The translations under genes and the position numbers were made by a program. From assembly GCA_963676565.1 (NCBI GenBank), contig OY781089.1:1984001-2048000 (forward strand): a stretch of DNA of 64,000 nucleotides. The letters run 5' to 3'. Shown here one piece after another: positions 9,395-17,500 of this stretch. Below the pieces are notes generated by a model. The model made no database searches. It was not told where the DNA came from and saw only the letters and a list, made by a program, of their open reading frames with translations. Source of the stretch: Halarcobacter sp. (lineage in GTDB: Bacteria; Campylobacterota; Campylobacteria; Campylobacterales; Arcobacteraceae). Within the stretch, counting starts at the first letter, position 1. Each line of letters starts with the position of its first letter.

Positions 9395-10186
9395 ATGTTA
9401 GATCCAGAAGAAGCATACTATAAGTTACTAGAAGTATATGGTCAAAATGTAATTGCGTCAAAGACTGATTTAAAAGGAAACATTGTCTATGTATCCGATG
9501 CATTTTGTAAAATAAGCGGTTACACTAGAAAAGAGTTAATGGGACAACCACATAGTATAGTAAGACATCCTGATACTCCAAGTTCAGTATTTAAAGAGCT
9601 TTGGGATGCCATAAAAAATTCAAAAACCTTTAAAACCCAAATTAAAAATAGAAAAAAAGATGGGTCATTTTATTGGGTTGATATGACTATATCTCCAATA
9701 TTAGATGAGTTTAACAATATTGTTGGGTATACTGCAATAAGACATGATATCACCACACAAAAAGAGCTTGAAGAGCTTAACTTTGAACATCAGAAACTAA
9801 TTGAATCATTCAGTAAAAATGTTATTGCATCAAAAACTGATTTAAAAGGGAATATAACTTATGTTAGTGAAGCTTTTTGTAAAATAAGTGGTTATTTAGA
9901 AGATGAACTTCTTGGAAAAGCACATAACATTATTAGACACCCTGATATGGGTAAAACTTTTTATAAAAATATGTGGGAAACTTTAAAAAGTGGTAAAGAG
10001 TTTAAAGGTGTTATAAAAAACAAAAAGAAAAATGGTGAAGCTTATTGGGTAGATGTTATTATTTCATGTGATTATGACAAAGACAAAAATCATATTGGTT
10101 TTACATCAATTAGAAAAGAGATTACAAAGCAAAAAGAGCTTGAAGAAAAATTAAAAGAACTTACAAATGATAAAAAGGAGAGCTAG
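9395..10186 (+). CDS. Stand-alone tandem PAS/PAC protein (Aer-like PAS x2), no output domain
   Basis: Two copies of SKTDLKGNI..YVS.AFCKISGY...HxIxRHPD..W, short coiled-coil tail. Confidence 0.85.
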   Translation: MLDPEEAYYKLLEVYGQNVIASKTDLKGNIVYVSDAFCKISGYTRKELMGQPHSIVRHPDTPSSVFKELWDAIKNSKTFKTQIKNRKKDGSFYWVDMTISPILDEFNNIVGYTAIRHDITTQKELEELNFEHQKLIESFSKNVIASKTDLKGNITYVSEAFCKISGYLEDELLGKAHNIIRHPDMGKTFYKNMWETLKSGKEFKGVIKNKKKNGEAYWVDVIISCDYDKDKNHIGFTSIRKEITKQKELEEKLKELTNDKKES

Positions 10187-10204
10187 TAAAACTAGCCTCT
10201 TTTT
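10172..10204. terminator. Probable bidirectional terminator between convergent genes
   Basis: GCTAGT-AAA-ACTAGC core flanked by A-rich and T-rich tracts. Confidence 0.55.
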
Positions 10205-11178
10205 CAACTATACTCTTCTGTCATTTTATTGTAAAATTTAACATAATCAGTATCACCAGTATCTCTAGCTTTCATAGCAGCTCTTGGGTGTTCATTTAAA
10301 TGACCACTAATGATATAAGGAACACTACATCCCCAATCCAATTCTTTTTCTAATGGTACAATATACTCTTGGATAAATTTTAATACAGGAGCATATTTGT
10401 ATTTAGGGTTTTTCAAGAATCCTAGTAAAAGTTCCATAGCACAGTTTCCTGCACCTCTTCCTAATCCTGAAACAGTAACATCTAAATAACTTGTTCCATA
10501 AACCATAGCTTCAAGTGTATTTGCATAAGCTAGTGATAGATTATTGTGTGCATGAATACCAACTTTTTTGCCAGCTGGTCTTGCAACATCTAAATATTTA
10601 TCTGTTAATTTATTAATTTGTTCAGGGTAAAAAGAACCAAAACTATCAGCAATATAAATTACATCAACATTTGATTTAGCAACCTGTGCTAAAACTTCAT
10701 CAAGTTCATTGTCAAATGATTTAGAAATTGCCATGATATTACACGTTGTTTCATAACCTTTTGCGTGGAAGTCTTCAATCAATTCTAATGCTTCTGGAAT
10801 TTGATGAATATAAGTTGCAACTCTAATCATATCAACTACTGATTCATCTGAATGAGGAATCTCTTCTTTAATAGTTCTTCCAACATCAGCCATAGTAGCA
10901 ATTTTTAGTTTTGTGTTGTTTTCACCAACAATACTTCTAATATCTTCTTCTTTACAGAAGTTCCATTTTCCATATTCATCTTCACTCATAACTGTAGGAG
11001 ATACATTTTTCCCAATCTCCATATAATCAATTCCAGCATTTACACACATATCATATAAAGCTTTTACAAACTCATCTGAAAAGTGATAGTTATTTACAAG
11101 TCCACCATCTCTGATTGTACAATCAAAAACTCTTAAATCTTCTCTAACTGAAAGGATGCTTCCCTCTTTTTGTAACAT
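10204..11178 (-). CDS. DRE-TIM (HMGL-like) metallolyase, 4-hydroxy-2-oxovalerate aldolase-like
   Basis: DCTIRDGG, YIADSFG, GIHAHNN, GLGRGAGN. Confidence 0.85.
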   Translation of the reverse strand: MLQKEGSILSVREDLRVFDCTIRDGGLVNNYHFSDEFVKALYDMCVNAGIDYMEIGKNVSPTVMSEDEYGKWNFCKEEDIRSIVGENNTKLKIATMADVGRTIKEEIPHSDESVVDMIRVATYIHQIPEALELIEDFHAKGYETTCNIMAISKSFDNELDEVLAQVAKSNVDVIYIADSFGSFYPEQINKLTDKYLDVARPAGKKVGIHAHNNLSLAYANTLEAMVYGTSYLDVTVSGLGRGAGNCAMELLLGFLKNPKYKYAPVLKFIQEYIVPLEKELDWGCSVPYIISGHLNEHPRAAMKARDTGDTDYVKFYNKMTEEYS

Positions 11179-11264
11179 ATTAATTCCCTGTTTAAATTTT
11201 GTATTATGATACTAAAAAGTACTTAAATAGGGTATAAAAGAGCTATAAAGCTCCCTTATAATTT

Positions 11265-12569
11265 TTAGTCTTCCCTTTTTTCTTTCCCTTGATAGTTTCT
11301 ATTAGTGTTTTCATCTCTAATTTGAATAGAGTCTTTTCCAACAAATTGAGATTTTGATATTAGTTCAACATTATTGTTAGCAATTTTAGACATTTGTGAT
11401 GAAATTATTCTAACATTTTCTGCAACTTGTGCATTTTTTTGAGTTAGTGTATCTATTTGGGCAACGGTATTATTTATCATAGAAATACCTAATTCTTGCT
11501 CTTTTGAGGATTGAACAACCTGTTCAATTAGTGAAGTAGTACTATTTATTTTTGCACTTAGGTTTTCATAACCTAATATCATATCATCAGCAATACCTTT
11601 ACCTTCATTAGCCTTAATTGATGCAGATTCAACCAAATTTTTTATCTCTTTTGCTGCATCAGCACTTCTGTTTGCTAGATTTCTAACTTCCCCCGCTACT
11701 ACTGCAAACCCTTTTCCAGCTTCTCCTGCCGTTGCTGCTTCAACTGCTGCATTTAAAGAAAGGATATTTGTTTGAAAAGCAATTTGGTCAATCATATCTA
11801 AAGCTTCATGAACATCCTTTGTTGAATTATTAATTTCATTCATTGCTGTAACTGTTTTTGTTGCTAGAGATAAACCACTTGAAATAGAATTAGTTACTTC
11901 AGCCCCATAGTTTTCCATTTCATTTGCCATATTAGTATTATTTTTGATTGTACTTGTTATCTCTTCAATAGCTGCAGATGCTTCTTCTAATGAAGCAGCT
12001 TGTGTTGTAGTTGATTGAGATAAGTTTGATGAAATATCAAGTAAGTCAGTAGATTCTTTTTGTAAAACTAAACTTGTTCTATATGTACTTTCTAATTGTT
12101 TAGTTATCTCTTTTTTTAGAAAATTAATCCCTTGGGTCATTTTTTTAAAATCCCCACCTCTAAACATTGTTTCATCAATTTCATGTAAAAAGTTTTGTTG
12201 AGAGTATTCATTTAATATCTTTTCAATATTTGCCAATGCTTTTTGAAGCTTTTCAGACATAACATTCATTGTCTTTGCAATATAGTTAAGTTTATTATTT
12301 GAACTTTCTTTTGTAACTCTATCTTCTGTAAAACCATCTGATAGTTTTTCTGCACAAAGCATTATTTCACCATAGATAGTTAAATCTTCAGTATTTTTAC
12401 TTTGAATTAAATTGGAAATATTTAAAATCTTTTCCATAATAAGCTTATCTGTACCACTACAAGTATTATCAGATTGTTCAATTTTATTGATATCCTCTTT
12501 TATGTAATCTTCTATAGTATCTAAAGCTTTTAATATATCATTTGAGTCTTGATTATTTTTAAAAAACAT
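11265..12569 (-). CDS. Cytoplasmic methyl-accepting chemotaxis protein
   Basis: IAFQTNILSLNAAVEAATAGEAGKGFAVVAGEVRNLA signalling hairpin; no TM segment evident. Confidence 0.93.
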   Translation of the reverse strand: MFFKNNQDSNDILKALDTIEDYIKEDINKIEQSDNTCSGTDKLIMEKILNISNLIQSKNTEDLTIYGEIMLCAEKLSDGFTEDRVTKESSNNKLNYIAKTMNVMSEKLQKALANIEKILNEYSQQNFLHEIDETMFRGGDFKKMTQGINFLKKEITKQLESTYRTSLVLQKESTDLLDISSNLSQSTTTQAASLEEASAAIEEITSTIKNNTNMANEMENYGAEVTNSISSGLSLATKTVTAMNEINNSTKDVHEALDMIDQIAFQTNILSLNAAVEAATAGEAGKGFAVVAGEVRNLANRSADAAKEIKNLVESASIKANEGKGIADDMILGYENLSAKINSTTSLIEQVVQSSKEQELGISMINNTVAQIDTLTQKNAQVAENVRIISSQMSKIANNNVELISKSQFVGKDSIQIRDENTNRNYQGKEKRED

Positions 12570-12578
12570 TTTATGGCC

Positions 12579-12962
12579 TTAGTCTAAAGTTTTATACAGT
12601 TCTTCTGCATTTTTAATCTCTTCATCTGTTGGCTTTACCCTAACAGAGATATATCTTAAGTTACCATTTACATCTTTAGAAGGAAATGCCGTTGCATTTA
12701 CCCAATAATACTCACCACTTTTTGTTTTATTCTTAACAATCCCATTCCATATTTTACCAGCTTGTATAGTTTCCCACAAATCCTTAAATGCAGCCTTTGG
12801 CATATCAGGATGTCTTACGTAATTATGTGGTTGACCTATTAATTCTTCTTTTGTATATCCTGCAATTTTACAAAAATCTTCGTTCGCATAAATAATTATT
12901 CCCTTTGAATCAGTCTCAGAAACAATCATTGTTTCCTTACTAAGTTTAACTTCCCCACTCAT
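12579..12962 (-). CDS. Stand-alone Aer/CetB-like PAS domain protein
   Basis: IVSETDSKGIIIYANEDFCKIAGY..ELIGQPHNYVRHPDMPKAAFKDLW; ATG 12962 with AAGGG RBS. Confidence 0.9.
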   Translation of the reverse strand: MSGEVKLSKETMIVSETDSKGIIIYANEDFCKIAGYTKEELIGQPHNYVRHPDMPKAAFKDLWETIQAGKIWNGIVKNKTKSGEYYWVNATAFPSKDVNGNLRYISVRVKPTDEEIKNAEELYKTLD

Positions 12963-13111
12963 TATTTTCCCTTTCAAAAGTTAAAAATAATATAATTATC
13001 CCCAGTATACAATAAAAGTGTATCTAAAATGTCTCTTTTTTCTAAAAAGTATCATTTCGTGTGAGTATTTTGTTGCTTTTTTTACTTATATTTCATTTAT
13101 AATAAATTGGA

Positions 13112-13117
13112 TATAAT
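13112..13117 (+). promoter_or_regulatory. Sigma70 -10 box of mutS2 (probable leaderless transcript)
   Basis: TATAAT 6 nt upstream of ATG 13124, no Shine-Dalgarno. Confidence 0.65.
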
Positions 13118-13123
13118 CCGCCA

Positions 13124-15322
13124 ATGAATGAGATATTAAAGAAATTAGACTTAAGTGATTATATAGATTCATTTTCTAAATTATTAGCTAGAGAAAAATC
13201 TATAATCCTAGAAGGGGATATAAACCTTCACCATAGACTTATTAGTGAATTATCAAAATTTGATTTAAAAGAACCAACAAAAGTTGCAAATCTTGACAAT
13301 GCATTGTTACATATACAAAAGCAAGGTATATTAAAAATATATGATATTTATGAGTTCATAAAAATCATTAAATATTTTAACTATTTAAAAAAGTTCAACT
13401 TTGAAGGAAAACTTGCTGAATGGATAGATAGAATTATAATTCCAACAGAGATTAACAAAATATGTGATTACTTTGACGAAAAAGAGAATTTAAGACAAGG
13501 TGTTAATGAAGATTATGATGCAATTAAAGGTGCAATTTATAATAATAAGCAAGAGATAAAACAAAGCCTTTATAAACTAATCAATAACACAAAACTAAGA
13601 AGCTATTTAGTTGATTCACAAGTTCACTATGTAAATGGTGAAGAGTGTTTATTAGTTCGTGGTGGCTTTAACCATGTTATAAAAGCAACTGTTTTAGATA
13701 GATCAAACTCTGGATTTTTTTATGTCTTACCCCATAGTGTTAGTAACTTAAAACAAAAACAAAGTGATTTAATAAATAAGCAAGAAGAGATACTTCTTAA
13801 AGTGTGTAAAGAGATAAGTTCTCTTTTTGAAAAGAATTTACTATTTTTAAAATTTATTAATAAAGAGTTTGATAGATTTGATCATTATCAAGCAAGAATA
13901 TTCTTTTCAAAAATAGGGGATAAGAATTTTATATTACCTAATAAGAAAGGTAAAAACAAACTAGTAGAGTTTAAACATCCAGCATTAAGTGATGCAAAAG
14001 CTATAAGTATAGATTTTTCAAAATCAGTAGTTATGATTACTGGGGTAAATGCTGGTGGTAAAACTATGATGTTAAAATCAATTCTATCAGCTGTATTTTT
14101 ATCAAAATACCTTTTACCATATTATACGCACCATACAAGTGAAGTTGGAACCTTTAAAGAGATTGCTGCTGTATTAGATGATCCTCAAAGTGTTAAAAAT
14201 GATATCTCAACTTTTGCAGGACGTATGGTAGAGTTTTCTAAACTATTTTCTTCAAAAAGTGCAATTGTAGGTGTAGATGAAATAGAACTAGGAACAGATT
14301 CAGATGAAGCAGCTAGCTTGTTTAAAGTTATAATAGAAGAGTTAATTCAAAAAGATATAAAAATCATCATAACAACACACCATAAAAGACTAGCTTCTCT
14401 TATGGCTTCAAATGAAAATGTAGAATTAATAGCTGCACTTTATGATGAAGAGAATCAAAAACCAACTTATGAGTTTTTACAAGGTACCATTGGAAAGTCT
14501 TATGCCTTTGAAACTGCTTCAAGATATGGAATACCACATAATGTAATTAAAAAAGCAAAAGTAGTATATGGTGAAGATAAAGATAGGTTAAATGAACTAA
14601 TAGAAAGAAGTAGTGCCTTAGAAATAGAGTATAAACAAAAGATTAAAAAACTTGAAGAAGAGCAAGAGAGATTTGAAAGATTAAATAAAAATCTAAAAGA
14701 GGCTAAAGAGAGTTTAGATGAACATATTTATGAAGAGAAATCAAAACTTCATAAAGAGTATAAAGATGCAAGAGAAGAAGCAAAGAAAGCTATTAAAGCA
14801 AAAATAGCTGTAGGGCATCAACATCTAAATGTAGCCCATGCAAAAGCTCAATCAATAAAAACTGAAAAAGTTCAAGAAAAAGTTGAACTTAAAGTAGGAG
14901 ATAGAGTTAAATATAGAAGTTCAAAGGGTGAGATTATATCTATAAAAGGGAAAAAGGCTTTTATAGAAAATGATATGGGGATGAAGATGCAAGTCTTACT
15001 TTCAGACTTACAAAGAAGTGGAAACCCACCTGAGATAAAAGCAAAACCAAAAGCTAGTGTAAATGTTCAAAGACCAGACTCTGGACATGTAAAATTAGAC
15101 CTACATGGACAAAGAGCAGATGAGGCAATAGAAAATTTAGATAAGTTTTTATCTGATGCACTAATTGCAGGCTTTGATGAGGTATTAGTTTATCATGGAA
15201 TTGGTACAGGAAAGCTATCATATGCTGTAAAACAGTTTTTAGATAAACATCCACGGGTAAAATCATATGAGGATGCCCATCCATCTTCTGGCGGCTTTGG
15301 AGCTAAAGTTATTAAACTTTAA
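13124..15322 (+). CDS. mutS2: Endonuclease MutS2
   Basis: ITGVNAGGKT, ISTFAGRM, VDEIELGTD, ITTHH; C-terminal Smr domain LDLHG...HGIGTG...GGFGA. Confidence 0.96.
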   Translation: MNEILKKLDLSDYIDSFSKLLAREKSIILEGDINLHHRLISELSKFDLKEPTKVANLDNALLHIQKQGILKIYDIYEFIKIIKYFNYLKKFNFEGKLAEWIDRIIIPTEINKICDYFDEKENLRQGVNEDYDAIKGAIYNNKQEIKQSLYKLINNTKLRSYLVDSQVHYVNGEECLLVRGGFNHVIKATVLDRSNSGFFYVLPHSVSNLKQKQSDLINKQEEILLKVCKEISSLFEKNLLFLKFINKEFDRFDHYQARIFFSKIGDKNFILPNKKGKNKLVEFKHPALSDAKAISIDFSKSVVMITGVNAGGKTMMLKSILSAVFLSKYLLPYYTHHTSEVGTFKEIAAVLDDPQSVKNDISTFAGRMVEFSKLFSSKSAIVGVDEIELGTDSDEAASLFKVIIEELIQKDIKIIITTHHKRLASLMASNENVELIAALYDEENQKPTYEFLQGTIGKSYAFETASRYGIPHNVIKKAKVVYGEDKDRLNELIERSSALEIEYKQKIKKLEEEQERFERLNKNLKEAKESLDEHIYEEKSKLHKEYKDAREEAKKAIKAKIAVGHQHLNVAHAKAQSIKTEKVQEKVELKVGDRVKYRSSKGEIISIKGKKAFIENDMGMKMQVLLSDLQRSGNPPEIKAKPKASVNVQRPDSGHVKLDLHGQRADEAIENLDKFLSDALIAGFDEVLVYHGIGTGKLSYAVKQFLDKHPRVKSYEDAHPSSGGFGAKVIKL

Positions 15323-17483
15323 GATATTTTTTTCTAATCTCATCTTTACATAATGGTTTAGAAAATAAATATCCTTGTACATAATTAGCATTTATATCCT
15401 TTAGCCATTGAAGGCTTTCATTGGTTTCCACCCCTTCAATTACAATGTCACAGTTTAATCCCTGTGTCATGGAAATCATTGAAGTTACCATCTTTCTAGC
15501 TTGTTCATCTTTATCAATTCTAAAAGTAAAAGATTTGTCAACTTTTACTACATCTATTGGGAGGTTATGTAACTGTGATAATGAGGCATACCCTGTCCCA
15601 AAATCATCTAAATAGATTCTTGAACCTTTTTTTGATAATTGATTTAGTTGAAAGTTTAAACTTTCAAGATTTTCCATTGTACTTGTTTCTGTTATCTCAA
15701 AATTAAAATTTTTTAGTTGAAGTGCATGTTTCAATGCGATAGATTCAAAATTCTCTATAAAACTCTCTTTCATTAGTTGTAATACAGAAAGATTTACAGC
15801 AATTGGTAGATTCTTAAGATTATTTTCTTTGTTAAATTTATAAAAGATACAAACTTCATTGAAAATAAGTTCCCCAAGTTCTGTTATCAAACCTTCTGAT
15901 TCTGCAATTGAAATTATATTTTCAGGATTAATAAATTCCTCATCATCATTTTTTACTCTTAAAAGTGCTTCTAATGAGTTGATTTCATTATTTTTCGTAT
16001 TAAAAATTGGTTGGTAGAAAACCTCTAAATATTTTGATGGATTTTTTAATGTTTTTAATAAAATATTTTTAAAACTATCTTTTTCTAAAATATATTTTTC
16101 ATCCTCCTCTTTAAATATAGAAACTTGATTTCTTCCTGCATTTTTTGATCTATACATTGCTGAATCAGCTCTACTCATTAATTCTGCTGTAGTTGTTCCA
16201 TGATCAGGGTAAATAGATACACCAATTGATGTACCTATATTGTGTTCATTATTATTTATAAAAAAAGGTTTTCTAATCTCCTTTATTAAAGACTCTGCAA
16301 TTTTTAATATAATCTTCTCATCTTGAATTCTAGATAATATAATTACAAACTCATCTCCCCCAATCCTTGCTACAATATCATTTGTTCTAACTTTTGATAA
16401 TATTCTTTGTGCAGTTTCTTGAAGAAGTAAATCACCTTCGTGGTGTCCATATATGTCATTTACTTGTTTAAAATGATCTAAATCTAAAAATAAAACAGCA
16501 TTTTTTGTTTTTTTTCTTTTTGAGTTTTCAAGTAAATTTGAGAAATTAATATTTAAAAAATGTCTATTAACAAGTCCAGTTAATACATCATAGTGAGCTA
16601 ATCTATCTAATTCATATTGTCTTTTCTTTCTATCAGTAATATCTGAAAAAATTGCTATATAAAACATTTTTTTAGTTACAGGTTCAATAACTCTGTTTAT
16701 TTGTAACCACTCTGGAAAAATATTATTATTTTTTCTTTTGTTCCAAACCTCACCAGCCCACCAACCATGGTGTGTTATAGATTTCCAGATATCACTGTAG
16801 AAATCTTTCGTATGTCTTCCTGATTTAAGTATACTTGGAGTTTTTCCTAGTACAAAGTCTTGGGAATAACCTGTTATTTCTGTAAATGCACTGTTGACTT
16901 TTAAAATTTTAGCTTCTTCATTTGTAATTATTACACCATCTTTTAATTGATCTAATACTAAATGAGATAGATAATTAGAGCTTTGTGAACCATCAGAATC
17001 ATATGGCAAGATTACACCCATAATTAGTATACCTCTTTCATAGTTTTGAACATCTAGTTTTTTTAATGATAAACTAAAACTTTTTTGATTTTTTAATAAT
17101 AAAAAATGGAAATTCATAGATTTTTGAGAGGTGTCTTTTAGAAATGTTTGAAATTTTGAAGTATATTCCATAAAAACAGATTGATCAAGAAACGTTCTGA
17201 AGTTTTGTTCTAAAATATTAAATTTCCCATTTTCAAAAAAGTTAATAGCAGTTTCATTAAGTTTTTTAATTTTACCAAACTTATCAATTATTACTAGTAT
17301 ATTTGGCGATTGTTCAAAATAGGTACTATAATCTTTTTCTATATTTATCCCACTATATAATAAGTCATTTTCTAATATTTGACAGTCTTGTTTTTGTTTA
17401 AAAAGTTCCTGTTGTAAATCAACAATTATTTGATTTAAACTAGAAATTTGTTCTTGATATGCTCTTATTTCTTCATCAAACAT
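15312..17483 (-). CDS. Coiled coil-PAS-PAS-GGDEF-EAL diguanylate cyclase/phosphodiesterase
   Basis: YDVLTGLVNR, RTND I-site, RIGGDEF, LEALLR, DDFGTGY, KVDKSF, EGVET all intact. Confidence 0.93.
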   Translation of the reverse strand: MFDEEIRAYQEQISSLNQIIVDLQQELFKQKQDCQILENDLLYSGINIEKDYSTYFEQSPNILVIIDKFGKIKKLNETAINFFENGKFNILEQNFRTFLDQSVFMEYTSKFQTFLKDTSQKSMNFHFLLLKNQKSFSLSLKKLDVQNYERGILIMGVILPYDSDGSQSSNYLSHLVLDQLKDGVIITNEEAKILKVNSAFTEITGYSQDFVLGKTPSILKSGRHTKDFYSDIWKSITHHGWWAGEVWNKRKNNNIFPEWLQINRVIEPVTKKMFYIAIFSDITDRKKRQYELDRLAHYDVLTGLVNRHFLNINFSNLLENSKRKKTKNAVLFLDLDHFKQVNDIYGHHEGDLLLQETAQRILSKVRTNDIVARIGGDEFVIILSRIQDEKIILKIAESLIKEIRKPFFINNNEHNIGTSIGVSIYPDHGTTTAELMSRADSAMYRSKNAGRNQVSIFKEEDEKYILEKDSFKNILLKTLKNPSKYLEVFYQPIFNTKNNEINSLEALLRVKNDDEEFINPENIISIAESEGLITELGELIFNEVCIFYKFNKENNLKNLPIAVNLSVLQLMKESFIENFESIALKHALQLKNFNFEITETSTMENLESLNFQLNQLSKKGSRIYLDDFGTGYASLSQLHNLPIDVVKVDKSFTFRIDKDEQARKMVTSMISMTQGLNCDIVIEGVETNESLQWLKDINANYVQGYLFSKPLCKDEIRKKYLKV

Positions 17484-17500
17484 AATTATTTCCTATTAAA

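Noticed and set aside
17484..17500. Frameshift splitting one CheBR-GGDEF-EAL gene
   Set aside because: The downstream gene has its own AGGA RBS and ATG after a clean stop; looks like two real genes
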